In this document: piece by piece, positions 10,052-17,941 of the stretch
Layout: each line of letters begins with the position of its first letter
Numbering within the stretch: position 1 is the first letter of the stretch
Virus record (IMG/VR): IMGVR_UViG_2671180637_000024
Location: 1-26,029 of that record
DNA: 26,029 bases
Source: a virus
Taxonomy: Duplodnaviria > Heunggongvirae > Uroviricota > Caudoviricetes
Strand: one strand, 5' to 3'
Notes under the pieces: model-generated
The model's database searches: none
Seen by the model: the letters and a program-made list of their open reading frames with translations, nothing else
What the model was told of the DNA's origin: nothing
Made by a program: the position numbers and the translations under genes

Positions 10052-11197
10052 ATGGCACAGGGCTTGCCTGTATCAAACGTTGTTAATGTTGATGTGATCA
10101 TGTCGCCGCGTGCAGCATCAGGGCGAAATTTTGGTGCATTACTCATTCTCGGCCCATCCACAATCATTCCGGTAAGTGAGCGCATTCGCCGTTATTCTGC
10201 CGCGGAAGATATTGGAAAAGATTTTGGCGTGGAATCACCAGAATATAAGGCTGCGCAGGTGTTTTTCTCACAATCACCGAAACCTCAGGAGGTTTTTGTT
10301 GGTCGTTGGGTGAAAACGAAGGGAGACAGCGAACAGGCCACGCCTGAGACGCTGGAGCAGGCTGTGAATGCCATGCTCGATTATACTTCATGGTATGGGC
10401 TGGGGATTGCAGACGATGAAGATATTCCGGATGCAGACTGGCTGAAAGTGGCTGCGGCGATCGAATCCTCTTCTGTAAGCCGTATTCTGGCGATTACGAC
10501 AAGCGATGAGAAATGCCTGCAGACTGCATCCAGCGATGATTTGGCATCAAAACTGAAAACCGCCGGATATTCACGCAGTTTTATTCAGTATTCATCGGGT
10601 AATAAATACGCTGCGTTATCTGCATTTGGCCGGGCATTCACGGTTAATTTCAATGGCAGTAATACCGCGATTACGCTCAAGTTTAAGCAGGAGCCGGGTG
10701 TCGGGTATGAAACACTGACAGTCAGCCAGGCATCGGCACTTGATGCAAAAAACTGCAATGTGTTCGTGTACTACCAGAATGATACGGCTATCCTCCAGCA
10801 GGGAGTGATGGCTAACGGCGATTTCTTTGATGAACGCCACGGCCTGGACTGGTTACAGAATTATGTGCAGACCAGCCTCTATAACCTGCTTTATACCAGC
10901 ACCACGAAAGTTCCCCAGACTGAAGCCGGTATTACCCGACTGTTATCAAATGTTGAAAAATCACTGGATCAGGCCGTTCAGAATGGACTGATTGCTCCGG
11001 GCGTATGGAACGGGGGCGACCTTGGCCAGTTGTCATCAGGTGACACGCTGCCCAAAGGTTATTACGTATACGCCCAGCCGCTGGATGAACAGGCACAATC
11101 AGAACGTGAAGCCCGTAAGGCTCCGGTGATTCAGGCTGCAATAAAACTTGCAGGCGCGGTTCATTACGCTGACGTACAGATTAACGTTGTTCGCTAA
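10052..11197 (+). CDS. tail sheath protein
   Basis: 381-aa product directly upstream of a tube-sized gene, chaperone with frameshift and tape measure: the canonical contractile-tail order. Confidence 0.6.
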   Translation: MAQGLPVSNVVNVDVIMSPRAASGRNFGALLILGPSTIIPVSERIRRYSAAEDIGKDFGVESPEYKAAQVFFSQSPKPQEVFVGRWVKTKGDSEQATPETLEQAVNAMLDYTSWYGLGIADDEDIPDADWLKVAAAIESSSVSRILAITTSDEKCLQTASSDDLASKLKTAGYSRSFIQYSSGNKYAALSAFGRAFTVNFNGSNTAITLKFKQEPGVGYETLTVSQASALDAKNCNVFVYYQNDTAILQQGVMANGDFFDERHGLDWLQNYVQTSLYNLLYTSTTKVPQTEAGITRLLSNVEKSLDQAVQNGLIAPGVWNGGDLGQLSSGDTLPKGYYVYAQPLDEQAQSEREARKAPVIQAAIKLAGAVHYADVQINVVR

Positions 11198-11207
11198 GGG
11201 GAAGTGA

Positions 11208-11648
11208 ATGTCTACCTATTCTTTTATGGATGTCACTGCGACGCTGACCAGGCCGACCGGTTCGATTGACCTCGGGTACGGTTCGGCAAGTTCTGAGGAG
11301 GGGATTGTGGTTGCGATGGGCGGTCCTAAAAACACCATGACCATCGGTGCTGATGGCGAAGTGATGCACAGCCTCCATGCAGATAAAAGCGGGACGATTA
11401 CCGTTAACCTTCTGAAGACATCACCGACAAATAAAAAATTGTCGCTGGCGTATAACGCACAGAGCCAGTCTTCTGCCACATGGGGGAATAACGTTATCGT
11501 GATCCGCAACAAGGTCAGCGGCGACATCATCACGGCACGCAGTGTTGCGTTCCAGAAACAACCGGATAACGCCAACGCTAAAACCGGTAATACGATGCCG
11601 TGGGTGTTTGACTGCGGCAAGATTGACCAGGTTCTCGGGGAGTTTTAA
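11208..11648 (+). CDS. tail tube protein
   Basis: 146-aa product between sheath and tail assembly chaperone. Confidence 0.55.
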   Translation: MSTYSFMDVTATLTRPTGSIDLGYGSASSEEGIVVAMGGPKNTMTIGADGEVMHSLHADKSGTITVNLLKTSPTNKKLSLAYNAQSQSSATWGNNVIVIRNKVSGDIITARSVAFQKQPDNANAKTGNTMPWVFDCGKIDQVLGEF

Positions 11649-11651
11649 TAC

Positions 11652-12104
11652 ATGGAATTCGAAATTAAAGGCGTGAAATATCGCGCGGCAAAACTCAGCG
11701 TTTTTGACCAGCTGAAAGTGACCCGTAAACTTCTTCCGGTACTGGCGGGAATGATGTCAGATTTCGGGAGCATTCGCTCCCGTTTGCCTGCTGACGGCAA
11801 AATCGACACCGTGAAATTCGAGCAGTTAAAACCGGTGTTTGAAACCATGCTCCCGCGTATCGCTGAGGAACTGTCTTCCCTGACCGAAGATGACACCGAT
11901 GCGATTATTCATCCCTGTCTTGCGGTGGTATCGCGGCGTCATATGGACGGATGGGTTCCGGTATTTACCCAGGGCGAACTGATGTTTGATGATATTGACT
12001 TGCTGGTCATGCTGCAGCTGGTGGCGCGGGTGGTCGCCGATTCGCTGGGAAATTTTTTGCCTACACCCCTTACCAGCACGACGCAGAGCCTGCAACAGGG
12101 CTGA
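11652..12104 (+). CDS. tail assembly chaperone (frame-0 product)
   Basis: 150-aa ORF directly upstream of the tape measure gene, with a slippery run AAATTTTTTG near its 3' end and an open -1 frame extension. Confidence 0.6.
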   Translation: MEFEIKGVKYRAAKLSVFDQLKVTRKLLPVLAGMMSDFGSIRSRLPADGKIDTVKFEQLKPVFETMLPRIAEELSSLTEDDTDAIIHPCLAVVSRRHMDGWVPVFTQGELMFDDIDLLVMLQLVARVVADSLGNFLPTPLTSTTQSLQQG

Positions 12105-12292
12105 CGTTTAACAGCCTGCCGGACGGGCTGTCCTACCTTCTCAATCCGGTTGACGCCGGGTTAATTCCTTATACAGCACTTAAAGATGGCTCTGTCGATT
12201 TGTACGATATTGCTCTTTTGAATGACCATCTGGCGGTAAAAGCGGATAACCAGCGGCGCATTGAGAAATGGAGAGAGGATAATGAACGCTGA
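12050..12292 (+). CDS. -1 frame extension of the tail assembly chaperone (predicted programmed frameshift product, G-T type)
   Basis: The frame shifted by -1 is open from the slippery heptamers A_AAT_TTT (12050-12056) / T_TTT_TTG (12053-12059) to TGA at 12290-12292, encoding …TFNSLPDGLSYLLNPVDAGLIPYTALKDGSVDLYDIALLNDHLAVKADNQRRIEKWREDNER; it has no start codon of its own. Confidence 0.45.
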   Translation, partial: KFFAYTPYQHDAEPATGLTFNSLPDGLSYLLNPVDAGLIPYTALKDGSVDLYDIALLNDHLAVKADNQRRIEKWREDNER

Positions 12293-14270
12293 AACTATTA
12301 AAGATTTCCTCGTCTCGCTTGGCTTCAGTGTGGATGATGCAGGAGCGAAAAAGTTCGGTTCTGTCCTCGCCGGTACAACTGCAAATGTCATCAAAATGGG
12401 GCTGGCCGTTGAAGGAGCCGCGCTGTCCGTGGTGGCCTTCACGGCTAAGATCGCCTCCGGTCTGGATAATCTTTACTGGGCGTCACAGCGCACTGGAGCG
12501 ACAGTCCAGGGAATTCAGTCTATTGGCTATGCGGTTTCGCAGGTTGGCGGCAGCGTGGACGCTGCGCGATCTTCTCTGGAAAGCCTCTCCCGGTTTATTC
12601 GTAATAATCCCGGTGCAGAGGGATTTCTGAATCGCCTGGGGGTACAGACACGGGATGCCAGCGGTAACATGCGTGACATGGCCGCTATTTTTACAGGTGT
12701 AGGCCAGAAGCTCAGCGGCATGCCGTATTACCGGGCTAACCAGTATGCGCAGATGCTGGGCATTGACGAAAATACCCTTATGGCGATGCGTCGGGGTGTG
12801 GGTGGTTTCTCCGGGCAGTACAGCGCAATGGCGAAAGCTATCGGCTTCAATGCTGACGAGGCGGCCAGAAGCTCCAACAAATTTATGACCTCCCTGCGTG
12901 AGTTTAGCGCGATGGCAGGCATGGCCCGTGACAAAATCGGCTCTAATCTTGCGGGTGGACTTGCGGGGTCGCTGGACACCCTGCGCCGCCATATCCTGGA
13001 CAACTTCCCGCGCATCGAGCAGACTCTGACGAAAGCCATAAAAGGCATTCTGGCGCTCGGGGATATTATCGGGCGGCTGTTCTTCAGACTGATTGAGGGG
13101 ACATCAGGCCTTATCACCTGGTGGCAATCGCTGGATAAGCAAACGCGGGAGTTGATCTCGCTGTTTGGCGCACTGACGATTGCGCTGCGCATTCTGAACA
13201 GTACGTTCTGGATGTCGCCGATTGGCCTCATTACCGCGCTGGCGGCGGGGATTGCCCTCCTGTGGGAGGACTATCAGACCTGGAAGGAAGGCGGCGACAG
13301 CCTGATTGACTGGGGCAAGTGGAAACCGGAGGTCGATGCCGCGCTGAAGATGGTTCGTGACCTTAAAACAACCGTTAACGACCTGGTGAAAGCGCTGGCG
13401 AAACTGCTCAATATTGACCTCAAATCATGGTCCCTGAAGTGGGATTTCAGCAACTTCATCGACCAGATGGGCGAATTCAGCAAAATGCTGAACATGATCG
13501 CCGACCTGCTCAACGCTATCAAAGATGGCCGCTGGGCTGATGCCGTCAGCATCGGCAAACAGATACTTAATCAGGGCAGCGAAAATCCGTCAGCGATGCC
13601 GATGGTTACAGACAGCGCTAACAGTACTGCCGACTGGATTAAAGAGCACTGGGGATTCGATCCCCGCAGCGTGGGCCGGACGGTACGCGGCTGGTTTGGT
13701 GATGATGAGCCGGAACAACATGCACAGGCTACGAAACGAGGAGAACGGAATAACAATCCGGGAAACCTTAATTTTGCTGGTCAGGCAGGGGCTTCTCTTG
13801 AACGCCCGGGCGGGCGATTTGCCAGATTTGAAACTGCCTTTGATGGATTACGGGCTCTTGCTCGTCAGTTAATGCTGTACGCCGGACGGGGAATAAACAG
13901 TGTGGAGAAAATTATCTCTACCTGGGCACCTGCGTCTGATAATAACAACACAACTGCGTATATCAGGGCTGTATCGCAACGACTGGGAGTGGATCCCCGG
14001 GCTGCCCTGAATATGAGCGATCCGCAAACCATGTCAGCATTGATGAGCAGCATTATCCAGCATGAAAATGGAAGAAATATCTATTCTCGAGAGCTGATTA
14101 ATAAGGCTGCCGTGGCGGGAATTAGTGGCAAAATGACAGAGGTTAACCAGCAAAATACTTACCACATTTACGGTGGCGGAGATCCGCACGCTGTCGGTAA
14201 TGAGGTTGCACGTCGGCAACAGTCTGCAAATGCTCAGGTCATGCGAAGTAATCAGGTGAGGGTGGGTTAG
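12282..14270 (+). CDS. tail tape measure protein
   Basis: Long helical protein rich in A/G/L/S/M after the chaperone/frameshift pair; ATG at 12282 preceded by GGAGAGAGG is the likely start (ORF track start 12261). Confidence 0.8.
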   Translation: MNAETIKDFLVSLGFSVDDAGAKKFGSVLAGTTANVIKMGLAVEGAALSVVAFTAKIASGLDNLYWASQRTGATVQGIQSIGYAVSQVGGSVDAARSSLESLSRFIRNNPGAEGFLNRLGVQTRDASGNMRDMAAIFTGVGQKLSGMPYYRANQYAQMLGIDENTLMAMRRGVGGFSGQYSAMAKAIGFNADEAARSSNKFMTSLREFSAMAGMARDKIGSNLAGGLAGSLDTLRRHILDNFPRIEQTLTKAIKGILALGDIIGRLFFRLIEGTSGLITWWQSLDKQTRELISLFGALTIALRILNSTFWMSPIGLITALAAGIALLWEDYQTWKEGGDSLIDWGKWKPEVDAALKMVRDLKTTVNDLVKALAKLLNIDLKSWSLKWDFSNFIDQMGEFSKMLNMIADLLNAIKDGRWADAVSIGKQILNQGSENPSAMPMVTDSANSTADWIKEHWGFDPRSVGRTVRGWFGDDEPEQHAQATKRGERNNNPGNLNFAGQAGASLERPGGRFARFETAFDGLRALARQLMLYAGRGINSVEKIISTWAPASDNNNTTAYIRAVSQRLGVDPRAALNMSDPQTMSALMSSIIQHENGRNIYSRELINKAAVAGISGKMTEVNQQNTYHIYGGGDPHAVGNEVARRQQSANAQVMRSNQVRVG

Positions 14271-14857
14271 TGGATATTCTCTCTACACTTTTTCATCAGC
14301 AGAGCAGAAAAATAGGAATGATTGTTCCCAGTGTTGTTATTTCAGAGAAGCATACAGATATGCTTGAAATAACAGAGCATCCGGTAGAGGTTGGGGCCGC
14401 TGTCGCTGATCATGCCTATAAAAAACCGTCAGAAGTGGTGATGGAGGTTGGTTTCGCCGGTGGCGGCGCATTGCTGGATTTTGCCAGTAATCTGACGGCT
14501 ACCAGCCTGCTCGGCCTGAGTCCTCAGCAGACGTATCAGGAGCTACTGGATCTGCAGGAAAGCCGTATCCCCTTCGATGTGGTAACCGGTAAACGACTGT
14601 ACAGCAACATGTTGATCCGGGCGTTGGAAGTGACGACGGACAAGACAACCGAAAACGTCCTGTCCGCCGTCCTCACCCTGAGGGAGGTCATTATCTCCCG
14701 GACACAGCAGATTACCGTCGCGGATAAAACCAACATGAAGGAAGGGGCCAGCACGTCGGCGGTACAGAACAGCGGCAACAAAACCACAAAGCCTCCAGAT
14801 ACTTCACTGCTGAAAAGCATCACGGGTAACGTGGCGTCATTACTGGGGGGCGGCTAA
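14270..14857 (+). CDS. tail/baseplate assembly protein
   Basis: 195-aa ORF starting with GTG overlapping the tape measure stop (TAGTG), with GAGGGTGGG upstream; function inferred from position. Confidence 0.5.
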   Translation: MDILSTLFHQQSRKIGMIVPSVVISEKHTDMLEITEHPVEVGAAVADHAYKKPSEVVMEVGFAGGGALLDFASNLTATSLLGLSPQQTYQELLDLQESRIPFDVVTGKRLYSNMLIRALEVTTDKTTENVLSAVLTLREVIISRTQQITVADKTNMKEGASTSAVQNSGNKTTKPPDTSLLKSITGNVASLLGGG

Positions 14858-15159
14858 TGACAATTCAGGAAATTCCGCTGACAGCGGACAACCAGCAGTT
14901 CAGCATCGTCCTGGGGGGTGTCACCTGGCGGATTAGCATCATATGGCGCGATCTGTACTGGATTATGGACCTGCAGAACGACAGAGGGGAGCCGGTAATC
15001 TCCGGTATTCCTCTTGTCACTGGTGCTGACCTGCTGGCGCAGTACGCCTGTATGGGGCTTGGTTTTAAGCTGGTGGTGGTCTGTGATGACAACACACAGG
15101 ATTACCCCACAAAAACTGACCTGGGCGGTCGCAGCCATTTACTGGTATCAACGGAGTAA
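14857..15159 (+). CDS. small tail/baseplate protein
   Basis: 100-aa ORF with TAATG overlap to the upstream gene. Confidence 0.5.
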   Translation: MTIQEIPLTADNQQFSIVLGGVTWRISIIWRDLYWIMDLQNDRGEPVISGIPLVTGADLLAQYACMGLGFKLVVVCDDNTQDYPTKTDLGGRSHLLVSTE

Positions 15160-15161
15160 GC

Positions 15162-16223
15162 ATGTCACAGAACTGGATGAGACATTTCGAGCTGCAGCTT
15201 GTGGACGGGAACGGTCAGGGAATTGAGCTAAGTGATTTCAAAGTCACCTTTACGATCGACTGGTTCAACATCAGCAGCGCGTCCCGGGTAGGGACTATCA
15301 AAATTTATAACCTCTCGGCAGATACTGTGAACCGAATTACCGGGCAGGAGTTTTCGAAAGTGCGTCTGATTGCGGGTTACGACGGTATCGCGCCGGAGGG
15401 GTCGGCAAGCGACGTCGGGACAGTGCGGGAAGTTGACGCGGCGGACGTGGGCCAGAGTGATGGTCGCAACTACGGACTGATTTTCAGCGGTGAAATTCGC
15501 TACTCGGTCACAGGAAAAGACAGTCCGGTTGATTCCTACGTCCTGATTCAGGCAGCAGATACTGATCTGGCTTTTGCCACCAGTATAACCTCACAGACGC
15601 TGGCTGCCGGTTACACGGTCGCTGATGTGAACCGTGCGCTGATGAAAGACTTCGAAGCCAAAGGTGTGACCGAAGGCCTGACGCCTGAAATGCCTGCTAC
15701 TGTATTCCCCCGGGGGCGGGTACTCTTTGGCATGACGCGGCATCTAATGGATAACGTAGCCGGGCAATGTGGCGCAACATGGCAATTCGTGGACGGTCAG
15801 CGCCAGATGGTGGCGAATAACGAATATGTTCATGAAGCGATTGTGCTCAACAGCGCTACCGGGCTTATTGGCATGCCGCAGCAGACTATCGGTAACGGCG
15901 TAAACGTCCGCGCGCTTATTAATCCGAACATCCGGGTTAACGGACTTATTCTGCTGGATCAGGCTTCCGTGTATCGTACTGCCTTGTCGAACAACGATAT
16001 TGCGATGGCTGGTGGTCAGATCACCGACCAGAACACGGATGGAAATATCACGCTAAGCGGCACCACATCGCAGCCTGCCAGCATCGCAACGGATGGCGTT
16101 TATATTGTGCGCGGGATTATGTACACTGGCGACACAAGGGGCCAGGCGTGGTACATGGATATGATGTGCGAAGCGCGTGGCGCGGCGGATCTGTATACGC
16201 GATCGGCTTTGCAAAGGGGATGA
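15162..16223 (+). CDS. putative baseplate hub protein (P2 gpD / Mu gpP-like)
   Basis: 353-aa product between tape-measure-proximal genes and baseplate spike; size and position match hub proteins of P2/Mu-type tails. Confidence 0.55.
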   Translation: MSQNWMRHFELQLVDGNGQGIELSDFKVTFTIDWFNISSASRVGTIKIYNLSADTVNRITGQEFSKVRLIAGYDGIAPEGSASDVGTVREVDAADVGQSDGRNYGLIFSGEIRYSVTGKDSPVDSYVLIQAADTDLAFATSITSQTLAAGYTVADVNRALMKDFEAKGVTEGLTPEMPATVFPRGRVLFGMTRHLMDNVAGQCGATWQFVDGQRQMVANNEYVHEAIVLNSATGLIGMPQQTIGNGVNVRALINPNIRVNGLILLDQASVYRTALSNNDIAMAGGQITDQNTDGNITLSGTTSQPASIATDGVYIVRGIMYTGDTRGQAWYMDMMCEARGAADLYTRSALQRG

Positions 16224-16226
16224 GCA

Positions 16227-16568
16227 ATGAGGGGTATTATTTTTCTGTTAGCTGTCTTTTCTGCGTGCAGCGCGTGGGCGGATGGCTTCACGGTTAAATG
16301 CGGTGGCTACACTATGGTTGCAAACCAGGGCGAGTTATCGACTATCAACGGTGAAAGAGTTACCTCTCAAAAAATCACCGAACTGGGTACCAATGGTTTG
16401 AAAGTAGACATGGGGCTTATGCCTGCCAAAGACGGTAACAACTACGGCTTTGAATACATTCGTCGCCCTGGTACCGAAACGCGATTCCTGAATGTCCAGC
16501 TTCTGCAGAACAGCATGGATGCGCCGAAAATCATCGGATCTTTCCCTTGTAAAAAAGTGGCTGGGTGA
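16227..16568 (+). CDS. small exported protein (signal peptide; possible lipoprotein)
   Basis: N-terminus MRGIIFLLAVFSACSAWADG: hydrophobic core then either an AXA signal peptidase I site (AWA|D) or a lipobox-like FSAC; 113 aa; no structural-protein character. Confidence 0.55.
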   Translation: MRGIIFLLAVFSACSAWADGFTVKCGGYTMVANQGELSTINGERVTSQKITELGTNGLKVDMGLMPAKDGNNYGFEYIRRPGTETRFLNVQLLQNSMDAPKIIGSFPCKKVAG

Positions 16569-16661
16569 AGGTAACCTGAAATTCGTAACGCCTGAAAAAC
16601 AACAAAATGTGCTCTAAAAACTGTTGTTTTTTGAGACGAGCGATTACACTGCACTGACTTT

Positions 16662-16688
16662 TTGATGGTGGATTGCCATCGATATGCT
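16662..16688 (+). promoter_or_regulatory. candidate sigma70-like promoter for the accessory cassette
   Basis: TTGATG (16662-16667), 15-nt spacer, TATGCT (16683-16688), about 30 nt upstream of the cassette start codon; weak match, spacing suboptimal. Confidence 0.3.
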
Positions 16689-16717
16689 ACTTCATTAAAG
16701 CCAGGAATAACTAAAAC

Positions 16718-17449
16718 ATGAGTTTAGCGCAGCCAAAATCAGGAGAACTGTTAGATCTTCTGACTCCTTCATTAACTAAGGGTGAAAACCTTCTGAGTGA
16801 GTTTGAAATCCATCGAATCATTCGTGAAGCGAAGAAACTACCTGAACGTTATCAGGGGCTATCAATTGAAGGCTTAGCTAAGCTTGTTCTTGGTGAAATA
16901 GATGAAGGATGTTCACTCTGTGAGCGGGGGTTGAGAATAGCGCCTAACGATCCAGTTTCTTTTTGTAACTATACGATTGCGCTGCGTAACTTAGGTTTGC
17001 ATGCTCGCCAGTATGTGATGATTCAGAAAGCATCTGATTCACTTAATCCAACGATATTGGCTGAGGTTGCTACAATTTCTGCATACTGGGTTGATATCGA
17101 TTTGCTTGAAAAGGTGATGCCGATGCTAACTGCAATGGAAGTACCGCGCCCTGAAGATATGGGCAAATGGTATGACACGCTCAATTATCTGCATACCCAA
17201 AAAGATCATGCTCAGGAGCTAAAAACTATTGGGCGGCTCATGATGAACGTTGCAGAAAAGTACCGCGCTCGTCTTGCTGGCGCTCATGCTTTTTATGTAA
17301 TGTCAGAACTTGATACGCTGTTCGTTGAAGTCAAAACAGACGATCCAGTGCTTCTTTCGCAGATGAATAATGCCTTGGCTGATGAGATTATTATTGCGGG
17401 GCTTGCGGATTCAGAATGCGTCGGATGCTTTGAAGCCGGGGAACTCTAA
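16718..17449 (+). CDS. accessory cassette gene A: hypothetical helical protein (243 aa), candidate partner of the HEPN-like protein
   Basis: Clean ORF with AGGA upstream; lower GC than flanking tail genes; predicted mostly helical with a TPR-like stretch (GLRIAPNDPVSFCNYTIALRNLGLHARQ); no nucleotidyltransferase GS…DxD motif seen. Stop overlaps gene B start (TAATG). Confidence 0.6.
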   Translation: MSLAQPKSGELLDLLTPSLTKGENLLSEFEIHRIIREAKKLPERYQGLSIEGLAKLVLGEIDEGCSLCERGLRIAPNDPVSFCNYTIALRNLGLHARQYVMIQKASDSLNPTILAEVATISAYWVDIDLLEKVMPMLTAMEVPRPEDMGKWYDTLNYLHTQKDHAQELKTIGRLMMNVAEKYRARLAGAHAFYVMSELDTLFVEVKTDDPVLLSQMNNALADEIIIAGLADSECVGCFEAGEL

Positions 17450-17877
17450 TGTCGGTTGAGCATACCTGTTTTCTTGAATTGGCTAAGCATTCCCTGGCTC
17501 TAAACGGTGAGATGTGGACGAGAAATGCTATTAGCCGAGCATACTATGGTATGTACCATTCCGCCTTACGGATCACCAACAATCTGGTACCGACCGCTAC
17601 ACAAGATGGTGAAAAACTAAAAGGTGGAGTTCACATGCGAGTCTATACGGCCTTTTGTAGTGGTGAGGCAGCTGCACTTAACGATGTTGATGTTAACGCA
17701 GTAAAGAAAATCGGCGTTAAACTGAAAATGACGCATGCCCAACGTGTTAATTCTGATTACAAGCTTGAGCGGAAAATCAACCGGATTACCGCGAGAAGTG
17801 TAATTCTGGATGCGGAAGAGGTCGATGCAATCGTTAATCAATTACTGAAGATTGGTGATGACTCGTTAACTGCATAA
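17449..17877 (+). CDS. accessory cassette gene B: HEPN-like domain protein (142 aa)
   Basis: Contains SRAYYGMYHSALR (aa 29-41), GGVHMRVYTAF (aa 59-69) and RVNSDY (aa 99-104) followed by an acidic C-terminal helix; this matches my recollection of the classical HEPN consensus (SRAYYAMFHAAKALL … H … R..ADY). Assignment is from memory, not an HMM hit. Confidence 0.6.
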   Translation: MSVEHTCFLELAKHSLALNGEMWTRNAISRAYYGMYHSALRITNNLVPTATQDGEKLKGGVHMRVYTAFCSGEAAALNDVDVNAVKKIGVKLKMTHAQRVNSDYKLERKINRITARSVILDAEEVDAIVNQLLKIGDDSLTA

Positions 17878-17900
17878 GCTGAAATTTCTCAAAATTCAAA

Positions 17901-17923
17901 CCCGCCACTTGGCGGGTTTTTTG
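17901..17923 (+). terminator. rho-independent terminator downstream of the accessory cassette
   Basis: cccgcc-actt-ggcggg perfect 6-bp GC stem (17901-17916) followed by TTTTTT (17917-17922). Confidence 0.7.
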
Positions 17924-17941
17924 CTTTCTGGAGCCTACTAA

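Noticed and set aside
12483-13231. Minus-strand ORFs (169 and 167 aa) and the + strand alternative-frame ORF 12319-12630 inside the tape measure gene
   Set aside because: Shadow frames within a long GC-rich gene; the tape measure reading frame is far better supported by length and composition.
16718-17449. Gene A as a minimal nucleotidyltransferase (MNT) antitoxin partnering the HEPN-like gene
   Set aside because: No GS-x(9-13)-D-x-D/E nucleotidyltransferase motif found by eye; the product appears helical/TPR-like instead. Left as unknown partner.
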